From the NCBI GenBank assembly GCA_035941215.1, contig DASZEE010000005.1:1-48623 (forward strand): a DNA stretch of 48,623 nucleotides. The letters run 5' to 3'. The position numbers were made by a program, and so were the translations under genes. Origin of the DNA: Gaiellaceae bacterium (GTDB lineage: Bacteria; Actinomycetota; Thermoleophilia; Gaiellales; Gaiellaceae). Shown piece by piece: positions 34,081-43,729 of the stretch. Position 1 is the stretch's first letter, and the number at the start of each line of letters is the position of its first letter. The notes under the pieces are model-generated. The model ran no database searches, was not told where the DNA came from, and worked only from the letters and a program-made list of their open reading frames with translations.

Positions 34081-34959
34081 TCACCGCTGGGTGAGCTTCT
34101 GGGCGAGCCACTCCTGGCGGTCGGTGTCGGCCTCCGGCCCCATGTGGTGCCCGTAGTCGGGGTACCACTTGACCTCGGCGCCGTCGGCGTCCTCGGCCAG
34201 GCGCTCGTACTCCCTGAGGGGCCAGTCGTCGTCGCGCCGCGGATTCTGGATCAGGACGTCGCCGTCGAACGCGCCCAGGAGGCGAACCGGGTCGAAGTCC
34301 CGCAGCAGCTTGTGAAAGCTGTCGAAGGTCTCCTGGGGAACAAACTCCTTCGCCCAGTACCTGCTGGGCTCGGCCGGCACCGCCGACAGCACGAGGGCGT
34401 CGACGCGGTCGTCCACCGCCGCAAGGCCACCGGCCGACAAGGCCCCGTACTCCTGGCCCACGACGGCGATCCGGTCGTCGATGTCGTCTCTCCGCTCCAG
34501 ATAGTCCAGCGCACGGCGGAGGTCGACGAGGTCGTGGCGCACGATCGACCGGAACGAATCCGCTGCGTACACGGGATCCAGGAGATCGACCTGCGGGATG
34601 TCCGGTCGGGTCATCACGCCGTTGACGAGCAGCACCGCGACACCGCGCGCCGCAAGGTCCAACGCCTCGCGGTAGTAGAGCGCGCGCGAGAAGCGGTACG
34701 GGTGGAGGTATACGGCAACGGGGTAGCGCTTCCCTTGCTCCGCGCCGGGCGGGAGGACGACCGTCGCCTCGACGTCGCCGCCGCGTGGGCTCTGGAAGGA
34801 GATGTCGGTCGAGCCCGAGTTCTCTGCCTCGATCTTGGTCCGCAGCGGCTTCTGCTCGTCGTAGGCGCCGAGCTCGGCGACGTGCGAGGCCGAGTCGCTG
34901 CCGCCGCAGCCGGCCAGCGCGAGCGCAACGAGCGTGAGAGCCGCAGTCCGACCGAGCAC
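34081..34959 (-). CDS. Alpha/beta-hydrolase-fold lipoprotein (dienelactone hydrolase / S9-like)
   Basis: GTG 34959 gives (M)LGRTAALTLVALALAGCGG, a lipobox LAGC. Also VAVYLHPY, RIAVVGQEYGALSAGG and a C-terminal YPDYGHHM. An alternative start lies at ATG 35052. Confidence 0.6.
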   Translation of the reverse strand: MLGRTAALTLVALALAGCGGSDSASHVAELGAYDEQKPLRTKIEAENSGSTDISFQSPRGGDVEATVVLPPGAEQGKRYPVAVYLHPYRFSRALYYREALDLAARGVAVLLVNGVMTRPDIPQVDLLDPVYAADSFRSIVRHDLVDLRRALDYLERRDDIDDRIAVVGQEYGALSAGGLAAVDDRVDALVLSAVPAEPSRYWAKEFVPQETFDSFHKLLRDFDPVRLLGAFDGDVLIQNPRRDDDWPLREYERLAEDADGAEVKWYPDYGHHMGPEADTDRQEWLAQKLTQR

Positions 34960-35034
34960 GGCGCCAACTCTAGTCCGCGTGGGTAGACGATCCTCGATCC
35001 AGCGACTACCCTCGGAGACCGCATCGCAACAGAC

Positions 35035-36084
35035 ATGACGAAGGGGGAGCACGTGGGATCAACTGCAGCAAGGGCGACGGTCGTCGCCGCACTCTCCATC
35101 GCGGTCCTGGCCGTTGCCACGGCGGCGTTCGCGGCCAACCCCGGTCCGGGGACCTCGACCGGATCTGGGACCGTCTTCGCACCTAACCCGGTCGCCGACC
35201 TGCAAAACCAGTCGCTGACCGACCAGAAGGACGCCGACTACGCCGCGCTCGCGCGGGCCTATCACCAGGTCGTCCTCACGAACCTCGACGGCAGCGGGTT
35301 CCTCCGCGGCGACTACGCGAACGTCGTCAGCGAGACGGGCGACCCCGCGTACTCGGCGACGAACGAATTCCACTATCGCCGAGACGACGATCGATTCGAG
35401 CAGGTCATGGCGTACTACTGGATCACCGAGGCGCAGAAATACATTCAGGGCCTCGGCTTCGGCACGACCCTGCGGCCCGTGAACATGGAGTCCCAGGACG
35501 TCCGGATCAACCAGTGGGGCGCCGACAACTCCTTCTCCTGGGACAAGAAGGACCTGCTGAAGTTCGGCAAGGGCGGTGTGGACGACGCCGAGGACGCCGA
35601 GGTCATCCTCCACGAGCTGGGTCACGCCATCCAGGACTCCCAGCAGGATCCGTTCGGCTACGGGTTCGGCTTCGAGGCACGCTCGATCGGCGAGGGGTTC
35701 GCCGACTACTGGGCCGTGACGGTGGCAGACGTCCTCGCTCGCACGCCTGACCCGGCGTGCGTCGCCGACTGGGACTCGGTCTCGTACACGAGCACGACCC
35801 CGCACTGCCTGCGCCGGGTCGACCTCAACCTGCACTACCCGGCGAACGTGAATCCGAACAGCGTCCACGCGACCGGCCGAATCTGGTCACGGGCGCTGTG
35901 GGAGATCCGCAAGGCACTGGGCCATGTGCGGGCGGACACGCTGATCCTCGAGGGCCAGTTCGGCCAGCGGGATCCGACGATGAGGACGCTCGCGGAGAGC
36001 ACCGTTGCCGCGGCGAACCGCCTCTACGGCCGGTCGGTCGCGAGAACCGTTCGCGCCAAGTTCGAAGAGCGCGGAATTCTCTAG
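35035..36084 (+). CDS. Secreted zinc metallopeptidase (gluzincin, M4/M36-like)
   Basis: 349 aa. Signal peptide ..AALSIAVLAVATAAFAA, zinc motif ILHELGHAIQD, downstream third-ligand region SIGEGFADYW. Confidence 0.7.
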   Translation: MTKGEHVGSTAARATVVAALSIAVLAVATAAFAANPGPGTSTGSGTVFAPNPVADLQNQSLTDQKDADYAALARAYHQVVLTNLDGSGFLRGDYANVVSETGDPAYSATNEFHYRRDDDRFEQVMAYYWITEAQKYIQGLGFGTTLRPVNMESQDVRINQWGADNSFSWDKKDLLKFGKGGVDDAEDAEVILHELGHAIQDSQQDPFGYGFGFEARSIGEGFADYWAVTVADVLARTPDPACVADWDSVSYTSTTPHCLRRVDLNLHYPANVNPNSVHATGRIWSRALWEIRKALGHVRADTLILEGQFGQRDPTMRTLAESTVAAANRLYGRSVARTVRAKFEERGIL

Positions 36085-36096
36085 CAGCGAGCGGTT

Positions 36097-36124
36097 GAAG
36101 GGGGCGCCTCCGGGCGCCTCCTTC
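36097..36124. terminator. Bidirectional hairpin between the convergent protease and pdxS genes
   Basis: GAAGGGGGCGCC, loop tccg, GGCGCCTCCTTC. 12 bp with one G-U pair. Confidence 0.5.
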
Positions 36125-37017
36125 TACCAGCCGCGGGTCTCGAGCAGCTCTTCGGGCGCGAGAGAGGCCGTGGAGAGCCCGGCCATCGCGTCTCCGAGCC
36201 CGCGCGAGACGCGCGCCAGGATCTCCGCGTCCTTGAAGTGCGTTGTCGCCTCGACGATCGCCTTGGAGACGGCGACGGGGTCGCTCGCCTTGAAGATCCC
36301 GGAGCCGACGAAGACGCCGTCCGCGCCGAGCTGCATGCAGAGCGCCGCGTCGGCGGGCGTCGCGATCCCACCGGCCGTGAAGGTCACGACCGGAAGCCGT
36401 CCGTGCTCGGCAACCCAGCGAACGAGATCCAGCGGCGCCTGGAGATTCTTGGCCTCCGAGTAGAGCTCCTCTTCCGCAAGCGAGCCCAGCCGGCGGATTC
36501 CGCCGAAGACCGCGCGCATGTGCGTGACCGCGTTGACGATGTCGCCGGTCCCCGCCTCGCCCTTCGTCCGGATCATCGCGGCTCCCTCGGAGATCCTGCG
36601 CAGCGCCTCACCGAGGTTCGTACAGCCGCAGACGAACGGGACGGTGAACTTCCACTTGTCGATGTGGTTCGCGGTGTCGGCCGGCGTCAGGACTTCGCTC
36701 TCGTCGATGTAGTCGACCTCGAGCGCCTCGAGGATCTGCGCCTCGACGAAGTGGCCGATGCGCGCCTTCGCCATGACGGGGATCGTCACGGCCTCCTGGA
36801 TTTCGGCGATCTTGTCCGGGTCGGCCATTCGGGCGACGCCGCCCTGCGCGCGGATGTCCGCAGGCACACGCTCGAGCGCCATGACGGCGACCGCGCCCGC
36901 CTCCTCGGCGATCAGGGCCTGCTCCGAGGTCGTGACGTCCATGATCACGCCGCCCTTGAGCATCTCGGCGAGACCGCCCTTGACCCGCATGGTTCCAAGC
37001 TCCGCCATCGGCGTCAT
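36124..37017 (-). CDS. pdxS: Pyridoxal 5'-phosphate synthase lyase subunit PdxS
   Basis: Start at ATG 37017 ([28 protein letters not shown]). Highly conserved PdxS body ([29 protein letters not shown]). Confidence 0.92.
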   Translation of the reverse strand: MTPMAELGTMRVKGGLAEMLKGGVIMDVTTSEQALIAEEAGAVAVMALERVPADIRAQGGVARMADPDKIAEIQEAVTIPVMAKARIGHFVEAQILEALEVDYIDESEVLTPADTANHIDKWKFTVPFVCGCTNLGEALRRISEGAAMIRTKGEAGTGDIVNAVTHMRAVFGGIRRLGSLAEEELYSEAKNLQAPLDLVRWVAEHGRLPVVTFTAGGIATPADAALCMQLGADGVFVGSGIFKASDPVAVSKAIVEATTHFKDAEILARVSRGLGDAMAGLSTASLAPEELLETRGW

Positions 37018-37018
37018 C

Positions 37019-37966
37019 CTAGCCAGCCACGACAAAGTGATCCCGCCTGCGGCCGTCCGGCCGGACGGCCCAGCCGTCGAGGCGGTTCTGGCGGATGGCG
37101 AGGTGCAGGAACCCGTGCTCGGCCTGCCCGCGAGCCCGGTGCGGGTAGCCGGCCGGACAGGCCTCGATCGGGTAGAGCCGCGAGTTTCCGCCGCCGTGGA
37201 CGACATAGCGAACACCGCGCTTCGGGCCGAACCGCTGGTAGTTGTGGTCGTGGCCCGAGAGAGCGAGAACGACGCGGTGTCGCTCGAAGAGCGGCACCCA
37301 GCGGCGCGCGACGTCGGGATGCGACCGGTAGCTGCCGCAGGTGTACGCCGGGTGGTGGAAGACCGCGATCTTCCAGCGGGCCCGTGACCGGGCGAGACTC
37401 CGCGCGAGCCAGGCCGTCTGGGCCGAATCGACGCGGTTCGAATCGAGGAGGAACAGCTCGGCCGGACCGGCGCTGCGCTTGTAGTACCGGCCGCGCATGC
37501 CGAGCGTGGAGAACTCGTACCGGCCTCCCTCGACGCGTGCGTCGTGGTTTCCGATCACGCCGGCGACAGCGAGGCCGCGTCGACGAGCCCAGCCGAAGCT
37601 CTCGGCCCAGTTCGCACGGAACGCCGTGGGGCTTTCGGTGTAGTCGTTGTCCCCGAGCGCGAGGAGCATGTTCGACCGGTTGCGTTCCTCGAACTTGCGC
37701 ACGCCCTCGCCGAAACTCTGCTGGAACTCGCCGCCGACGCCGAAGTCGCCGATCGCGATGATCCGGTAGACGCCGGCCGGTTGCGCCCGGCCCGCTCCCG
37801 GCAGGAGCACAGCCAGGGCCACGAGCACGATCGCGGCGAGGTGCACCTTCGACGGTGTTCCTCGCCGCCCTCCCCCGACTGGGGCGACGACTCGCCTAGC
37901 GAGCCGTCGCGATCCGCTGAAGCAGGCCTGCGACCTGGAAGGTTCGGAGCCTGCGACGGAGGTCAT
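37019..37966 (-). CDS. Secreted metallophosphoesterase (purple-acid-phosphatase-like)
   Basis: Five-motif pattern [25 protein letters not shown]. Hydrophobic signal [19 protein letters not shown]. The start is uncertain: ATG 37966, GTG 37846, or the track start 38044. Confidence 0.75.
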   Translation of the reverse strand: MTSVAGSEPSRSQACFSGSRRLARRVVAPVGGGRRGTPSKVHLAAIVLVALAVLLPGAGRAQPAGVYRIIAIGDFGVGGEFQQSFGEGVRKFEERNRSNMLLALGDNDYTESPTAFRANWAESFGWARRRGLAVAGVIGNHDARVEGGRYEFSTLGMRGRYYKRSAGPAELFLLDSNRVDSAQTAWLARSLARSRARWKIAVFHHPAYTCGSYRSHPDVARRWVPLFERHRVVLALSGHDHNYQRFGPKRGVRYVVHGGGNSRLYPIEACPAGYPHRARGQAEHGFLHLAIRQNRLDGWAVRPDGRRRDHFVVAG

Positions 37967-38074
37967 CCGCAGCCATGTTTGCCGCCTTTCGTTTCCGCAG
38001 GGGTTACGAGGAACATGGTCGGAGCGATCAGGCAATCGCACCATCCCCCGAACGGACCCTTCTCGTGGGCGCGA

Positions 38075-38908
38075 TCAGGCGCTCGGCGGCGAGAGGCTGA
38101 GCATCACGCCCTGCGTCGGCAGCTGCTCGAACGACGAGCTGAAGAGACGAGTCTCCGTGAGGCGGTTGATCGTGTCCGCCTCGCCGGGAGTCAGGTCTCC
38201 CGTGGCGAACGGCGGCTTCTCCGGCAGAGCTCTTGTGAGCTCTCCGCCGAGGAGGCCCTCCATGTGCCTGCGCTGGAAGTACACCGCGAAGGTCTGAGGC
38301 GGTTGCCCCTCTCCGCGCGGAACCGGCGGGAGCAGCGAGACCACGGTCTGGATCTCCGGCAGGAGCTTGAAGGTGTAGAACGAGAGCTCGACGGCCTCGC
38401 GGCGCAGCAGCATCAGGCGCTCCGGCGTAGCCTGGCCCGGCAGTGCGCAGTTCTGGTCGCCCGACAGGCCGCAGAAGCTGAAGAGCGCGGTCTCGCCAGG
38501 CGTGACGACGGAGACGTCACCCTGGGTGAGCTGCCTGTTTCGCCCGTGGCGAAGCGCGATGTACTGGAGAGGCAAGCCGGAAACCTCACCGGGCTGCGCG
38601 GTGACGGCGACGAGCTGCTCGCCGTTCGCTCCGCGGTACTGGCGGGCCACCTCGGTCGCGATCTCGCGCGCCCTCTGGAAGCCGCCCTCTTCCGTCGTGA
38701 GGCCGCCGACGGCCGTGGCCGAGCTCGAGTCGTCGCGGGTCATGACGCCGAGGGTCACTAGCGCGGCACCGGCCATGACCACGATCACCGCGTAGCCGAT
38801 CATGAAGCGCCCACCGTGAACCGCCTTCTGGCGATCGAAGCGCGGCAGCGACTCCTCCTGCTGGGAGGTCGCCTCGCTCGAACGCTCGGGCATTACAGCT
38901 TCGGCCAT
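38075..38908 (-). CDS. Hypothetical single-pass membrane protein, coupled to the FtsH-like gene
   Basis: 277 aa. TM helix FMIGYAVIVVMAGAALVTLGV. Its start overlaps the 3' end of the FtsH-like gene by 16 nt (38893-38908). No family recognised. Confidence 0.6.
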   Translation of the reverse strand: MAEAVMPERSSEATSQQEESLPRFDRQKAVHGGRFMIGYAVIVVMAGAALVTLGVMTRDDSSSATAVGGLTTEEGGFQRAREIATEVARQYRGANGEQLVAVTAQPGEVSGLPLQYIALRHGRNRQLTQGDVSVVTPGETALFSFCGLSGDQNCALPGQATPERLMLLRREAVELSFYTFKLLPEIQTVVSLLPPVPRGEGQPPQTFAVYFQRRHMEGLLGGELTRALPEKPPFATGDLTPGEADTINRLTETRLFSSSFEQLPTQGVMLSLSPPSA

Positions 38909-41304
38909 GACTCGTCCTCCAGAGGATCGGCAGCCGGGATCTCGAGGTTGACCGACTCGAGGAGACTCAGGATCTCGTCGCCGTGAAGCTCGCGGCGCTC
39001 GACGAGCGTGTCGGCCACCTTGGAGACCCCGTCGCGGTTGTGCTCGATCAGCTGGTGCGCGGCGACGTACGCCTGCCCGAGGAGCTGAGATGCCATCGCA
39101 CGCTTCGTGGGATCGCCGAGCACGCCCGCCAGCGGGTCTCCGTGCGCCCCGTTCCCCGACCGGTTCATGATCTGGTCGCCGATCCGCTGGTACTTCTGCC
39201 GGATCTCCTCGCGCACGTCGTCCTCGGTCTGGCCCTTCGGAGGCTTGAACCCGTCGGCGAACTCGATCCGCTCGGGAGCCATCGCGCAGGCGCCGACCAT
39301 CCAGGCCGAGCGCGCGGTGGCGCTCTGGACGTCGCCCCCGACGCCGGTCGAGTTCTCGCCGTAGAAGACTCGCTCCGCCGCCATCGCGCCGAGCGTCCAG
39401 ATCAGGCGCGCAAGCTCCTCGCTGCGCCAGGAACTGAAGCGCTCCTCCTTCTCGAGGGCCTGATGGTGGCCGAGCGCCTCGCCGCGGCGGCGGATCGACA
39501 GGCGGGTCGACTCAGCGCCCTTCATGTATGCGTGGCCGGCGACCGCATGGCCCGCCTCGTGGACGGCGATCGCCCGCGTCTCCTCCGGAATGTACTCGAT
39601 GTTGATGGCCATCCCGGACTCGATGGTCGTCATCGCCTCGACGATCTCCGTCCAGCCGAAGCGCGGCTTCCCCTCGTGGTGGGCGTAGGTGAGCGCCATC
39701 GAGCAGACCTGCTCGATCATGGCCGGCGAGTACCCGTTCGTGATGCGCGCGATCTCGTCGCGGCGCTTCTCCGAGTCGAGGTCGGGGTCGTGCGAGACCC
39801 GGTTGAGATACAGGTCGAAGATGTCGAGCCGATCCTTCTTCGTCGGCGTGCGCAGCCACACGTAGCGGCCCATCCGGCCCGGCCGCGTGAGAGCCGGGTC
39901 GAGCGCCTCGAGCGGCACATTGGTGGCGCCGATGAAGTAGATCTGCTCCTTGCGCGGCCGCGGCGGCGGCAGCCGGAGAGACCGACCGCGGACCCGGCGC
40001 GGGACGATGTACGTCGCGTCGAGGAAGGTGTTGATCCGGTTCGTCCAGAACCGCTTCATGAACGGCGGGTTGTCGATCCCGTCCATGACGACGAGCAGCT
40101 GGTTCAGCGCCAGCTGGCCCATCCCGCCCATCATCGCCCCCGGAAACGCCTGATTCACGATCGCGCTGATGCGCCCAAAAGCGCTCGGTCGCCGCTCCGG
40201 GGTCCGGGACTCGAACAGCCTGTCGCGCCAGGCGCGGTTCTCGAGGATCAGGTCGCCGGTCGGCGTGAGCGACCCATAGCGGCCGTGGAATGCGAACTCC
40301 TCGAAGTTCATCGGCATCGGCGTCGCGAAGCCCCCCATCCCTCCGTCGCCGAGCGCCGACCGCCGCCTGCCGACGGCGTCGATCTCGTCGATGAAGACGA
40401 TGCACTGGCCGCCCCACTTCCGGGCGAGCTTCTTCGCCTTCCACGCGAGATAGCGGACGATGATCACGTCCATCCCCATGAAGGTCTGGGCGAAGCCGGA
40501 CCCCGGCATCGACACGAATGGGCAGTTGAAGCCGGTCGCGATCGCCTTCGAGAGCATCGTCTTCCCGGTTCCCGGAGCACCAAGGAACAGCAGCCCGCGC
40601 TCGCGCTTTCCGCCGGCTGCCTCGAACGCCTCGCCGGACTGCCAGATGGAGACGACGCGGCGAACCTCTTCCTTCGCCTCGGCCTGACCGCGGACGTCGT
40701 CCAGCTTGACGCCCCACTCCGCGTCGCCCGGCTCGAAGCCCTGCATCTGCGTGATGCCCATCAGCATCATCGGGCCGAGCAAGATCACGAAGTTCATGAC
40801 GAAGAAGAGCGGGAAGATGATCGCGTAGAGCAGCATCGACGGATTCGTGAGGATCGGCTTCAGCGCCCCCCACGGATCGGTGATCGTCGAGATCCAGCTC
40901 GTGTCTCCGCCCGGGATCAGGAGCCGGATGATCCAGAACACCGTGATCGTTCCCACGATCCAGACCAACCAGCGATACCGCTTGGCCCAGTACCAGGCGC
41001 GGCGCCGGTTGACGACGTCGTCCTCGCGCACCTCGGGCTCGTCCGTCCCGAACAGGCTCGGCCACGGAATGAACCGGCGCACGACGATGTCCATCAGCCC
41101 GCGGAAGGCGATGACGGCGAAGAAGGTCCAGAAGAGCGCCCAGCCCCAGCTCACCTCGACCTCTTCGCGGAAGAAGAAAAAGACGACCGGGCTGGTGAGG
41201 ACGGCGACGGCGGTGGCGGTCCGGATCAGTCGCCGCCACTGGAGCGTGAGTTCCTTCGTTGCCTCTCCGGACGGCAGCCCGACGAGGCCCTCGCTCGATG
41301 CCAT
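38893..41304 (-). CDS. Atypical FtsH-like membrane AAA+ / M41 zinc protease
   Basis: 803 aa. About four N-terminal TM helices. Walker A GAPGTGKT, Walker B IVFIDEIDA, SRH ATNVPLEALDPALTRPGRMGR, zinc site AVHEAGHAV. There is a large insertion between Walker B and the SRH. Confidence 0.85.
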   Translation of the reverse strand: MASSEGLVGLPSGEATKELTLQWRRLIRTATAVAVLTSPVVFFFFREEVEVSWGWALFWTFFAVIAFRGLMDIVVRRFIPWPSLFGTDEPEVREDDVVNRRRAWYWAKRYRWLVWIVGTITVFWIIRLLIPGGDTSWISTITDPWGALKPILTNPSMLLYAIIFPLFFVMNFVILLGPMMLMGITQMQGFEPGDAEWGVKLDDVRGQAEAKEEVRRVVSIWQSGEAFEAAGGKRERGLLFLGAPGTGKTMLSKAIATGFNCPFVSMPGSGFAQTFMGMDVIIVRYLAWKAKKLARKWGGQCIVFIDEIDAVGRRRSALGDGGMGGFATPMPMNFEEFAFHGRYGSLTPTGDLILENRAWRDRLFESRTPERRPSAFGRISAIVNQAFPGAMMGGMGQLALNQLLVVMDGIDNPPFMKRFWTNRINTFLDATYIVPRRVRGRSLRLPPPRPRKEQIYFIGATNVPLEALDPALTRPGRMGRYVWLRTPTKKDRLDIFDLYLNRVSHDPDLDSEKRRDEIARITNGYSPAMIEQVCSMALTYAHHEGKPRFGWTEIVEAMTTIESGMAINIEYIPEETRAIAVHEAGHAVAGHAYMKGAESTRLSIRRRGEALGHHQALEKEERFSSWRSEELARLIWTLGAMAAERVFYGENSTGVGGDVQSATARSAWMVGACAMAPERIEFADGFKPPKGQTEDDVREEIRQKYQRIGDQIMNRSGNGAHGDPLAGVLGDPTKRAMASQLLGQAYVAAHQLIEHNRDGVSKVADTLVERRELHGDEILSLLESVNLEIPAADPLEDESWPKL

Positions 41305-41310
41305 CGTCAG

Positions 41311-41316
41311 AATTTA
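41311..41316 (-). promoter_or_regulatory. Candidate -10 box (TAAATT on the minus strand) for a leaderless FtsH-like transcript
   Basis: A TANNNT hexamer lies 6 nt upstream of the ATG at 41304. It sits in the most AT-rich stretch of the 31-34 bp divergent spacer. Confidence 0.25.
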
Positions 41317-41338
41317 GACGTGCGAATGTTCACGTTTG

Positions 41339-42490
41339 ATGGACAGTACGTTAAGTAGCGGCCGTCAGATCTTCGATTCGGGACAGATCGAACGGGCCCG
41401 GCGGTACCACCGTCCCGCGTACCTGGCCCGCGTTCTTGGGATCGCGCTCGGCCTCATCGTCCTCGCATTCCTGAGCTTCGGCGGCCTCGGCGATTGGCTC
41501 TTCGGGCTCGTGGACGGGCTTCCGTGGTGGGGTGAGGCGATCGCGTTCTCGGCCCTTGTCGCGCTGGTCGGCTCGCTCGTCGCAACCCCGATCGCGTTCT
41601 GGCGCGGCTACCTCCACGAACGGCGCTGGGGGTTCTCGACGCAGACCCTCGGCGGCTGGGTGACGGATCGGGTGAAGGGCGTCGCAGTCGGTGTCGCGCT
41701 GACCGTCATCCCGATGGTCGGGCTGATCGCGTCCGTGCACGTCTTTCCGTCGTGGTGGCCTGCGGTTGCGGCGCTGGGCGGCGCGGCGATCGTCTTCGTC
41801 ATGACGTTTCTCGCGCCGGTCCTGCTGGAGCCGGTGTTCAACCGCTTCGCGCCGCTGGCAGATGCGACCCTCGCCGGAGAGCTCCGCTCCCTGGCCGACC
41901 GTGCCGCAGTGCCGGTGAGGGACGTGCTCGTCGCGGACGCGAGCCGGCGGACGACCAAGCACAACGCCTATGTCTCCGGAATCGGCAAGACCCGCCGCGT
42001 CGTCGTCTGGGACACGCTGCTCGACCGGGGCGAGCCGGGCGAGGTGCGGCTCGTCGTCGCCCACGAGCTCGGCCATCGCCGGTTCCGGCATGTCGCGCTC
42101 GGGACGGCGATCGCGATGGCCGGCACGGCGCTGTTCGTCCTGGGGCTGTGGCTGGTGCTTCGGTGGGACGGCCTGCTCGCCGCGATCGGGGCGGATGGGC
42201 CGGGCGACCCGCGCGTCATCCCCTTCGTCCTCCTCGCCGGCGTGGTGGTCGAGCTCGCGATCCGGCCGTTCGGGCTTGCGCTCTCACGCCGGTGGGAGCG
42301 CGACGCCGACCGATTCTCGCTCGAGCTGACCGGCGACCCTGAGGCGTATGAGGCCACGCACCGCAATCTCGCGCTCTCGAATCTCGGCGACCTCGACCCG
42401 CCGAAGGCCGCGTACCTCTTCTTCTTCAGCCACCCGTCGGCACCGGAGCGGGTCGCCGCCGGACGGGCTTGGTCGCGGGCGCGAGGCTAG
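41339..42490 (+). CDS. M48-family (Ste24/HtpX-like) membrane zinc metalloprotease
   Basis: About 383 aa and multi-TM. HELGHRRFRH zinc motif, with a downstream glutamate ligand region ERDADRFS. ATG 41339 is taken as the start; TTG 41336 is the track start. Confidence 0.85.
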   Translation: MDSTLSSGRQIFDSGQIERARRYHRPAYLARVLGIALGLIVLAFLSFGGLGDWLFGLVDGLPWWGEAIAFSALVALVGSLVATPIAFWRGYLHERRWGFSTQTLGGWVTDRVKGVAVGVALTVIPMVGLIASVHVFPSWWPAVAALGGAAIVFVMTFLAPVLLEPVFNRFAPLADATLAGELRSLADRAAVPVRDVLVADASRRTTKHNAYVSGIGKTRRVVVWDTLLDRGEPGEVRLVVAHELGHRRFRHVALGTAIAMAGTALFVLGLWLVLRWDGLLAAIGADGPGDPRVIPFVLLAGVVVELAIRPFGLALSRRWERDADRFSLELTGDPEAYEATHRNLALSNLGDLDPPKAAYLFFFSHPSAPERVAAGRAWSRARG

Positions 42491-42840
42491 TTGTCGATCC
42501 GCCCGCAGGTGCGCTCACCCACGGTCCGCGTCGTCGGATCGACGGTGATGATGCAGACGCGGCCGTCGTCGCCGCCGCCTGTCGGGAAGACCTCGCAGCG
42601 CCATTCCTGGACGCCGTCACCCTTCACGCACTGGATCGACTTGGGCGAGGTGTCGTCCAGGTTGACCACTCCCCCGCCAGCGACCTCGGCGCGGAACGCC
42701 TGCTCGACGTCGGCGGGCGTGAGCGGCGTCGAACTTGCTGAGGTCGTGACGGCCGTGGTCGCCGGCGGAGTGGCGGAGTCGTCGGAGCCGCAACCCGCCA
42801 GAATCGCGAGCAGGACAACGAACGCGAGCACCGACCTCAT
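42487..42840 (-). CDS. Small lipoprotein, hypothetical
   Basis: ATG 42840 gives MRSVLAFVVLLAILAGCGSDD with a lipobox. The mature part has four Cys. Its stop overlaps the M48 stop within the palindrome CTAG. Confidence 0.6.
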   Translation of the reverse strand: MRSVLAFVVLLAILAGCGSDDSATPPATTAVTTSASSTPLTPADVEQAFRAEVAGGGVVNLDDTSPKSIQCVKGDGVQEWRCEVFPTGGGDDGRVCIITVDPTTRTVGERTCGRIDN

Positions 42841-43001
42841 CAGGCGGTCGTTGTACCCGATCGGCCGGGATGAGACACGACAACAGAGGCCCGCCTGGGT
42901 TTCAGACAAGGTGCATCGTCGGCCTCGGCAATTTCAGCCAAGCCCTCGTATGCGAAGCGGCGAATAGTTAGGAGCTAAGGGGCGGAACGACCCTTGCGTC
43001 G

Positions 43002-43601
43002 CTACGGCTCCCCGACCCGGTTCGGTGGCCAATATGTTACTTCTGCCCTGCCGATGATGTTGTCCCGAGGGACGACGCCCCAACGGCGCGAGTCGCAGGA
43101 CATCGTGCGATTGTCACCAAGGACGAAGTAGCCCTCGTCGGTGATACGCGCCCAGTCTCCGCTCTCGCGACCGCGATAGCCGGGGCGCAGATAGGACTCT
43201 ACGAGCGGGACGCCGTTGACCAAGACGAATCCGTTCCGCATCGACAACGTCTCGCCGGGTAGTCCGACAATCCGTTTGATGAAGGTGCCACTCGCGTTGC
43301 AAGCGGCATCGACCCGGGCAGTTGCCTTGAAGACGATGATGTCGCCGCGCCGGGGCTGGTGGAAGCGGTACACGAGCCGGTTCGCGATGACTCGATCCGA
43401 CACCCGCGAGAGGCAGCCGCGGGCAGGTTTCGCGCAGTGCAGAGTTGGCTCCATCGACGGCGAGGGAATGCGGTAGGGCTTCGCAACCTCCGCTTGGATA
43501 ACGAGCACCGCGACGACAGCCAGGGTGATCGTCAGTGCCCAGTCCATCAAGGTTCGGAGCGGCTTCGGAAGCCGCGACCGAGACCGATCAAGAATGCGCA
43601 C
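43002..43601 (-). CDS. lepB: Signal peptidase I
   Basis: 199 aa with a GTG start. Box B IPSPSMEPTL, box D FIKRIVGLPGE, box E VLGDNRTMSCDSR. GC is lower than in the neighbouring genes. Confidence 0.85.
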   Translation of the reverse strand: MRILDRSRSRLPKPLRTLMDWALTITLAVVAVLVIQAEVAKPYRIPSPSMEPTLHCAKPARGCLSRVSDRVIANRLVYRFHQPRRGDIIVFKATARVDAACNASGTFIKRIVGLPGETLSMRNGFVLVNGVPLVESYLRPGYRGRESGDWARITDEGYFVLGDNRTMSCDSRRWGVVPRDNIIGRAEVTYWPPNRVGEP

Positions 43602-43658
43602 GCGACTCAGAATGCCAGCAATGTGCTCTCAGCACTGCCTCGTTGGCCCGACGGACTC

Positions 43659-43673
43659 AGTAGCACAGACCAA
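43659..43673 (+). repeat. Left copy of a 15-bp perfect direct repeat AGTAGCACAGACCAA
   Basis: Identical 15-mer at 44128-44142. The two copies bracket ORF 43730..44128. Confidence 0.85.
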
Positions 43674-43729
43674 GGGGACAGAACGCCCTGGCTGAAGTTA
43701 AGGGGAACGGGGAATAGCAAGGGGAAACC

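Noticed and set aside
34081-34959. Apparent loss of the nucleophile Ser in the alpha/beta hydrolase (GQEYG where GxSxG is expected)
   Set aside because: An A-L-S-A-G element lies 4 residues downstream and could be the real nucleophile elbow (an AxSxG variant). Without a structural alignment the pseudo-enzyme claim is not supportable.
38983-41358. 791-aa plus-strand ORF, and 39512..41239 on the minus strand
   Set aside because: They are antisense or out of frame relative to the FtsH-like gene and have a low-complexity composition.
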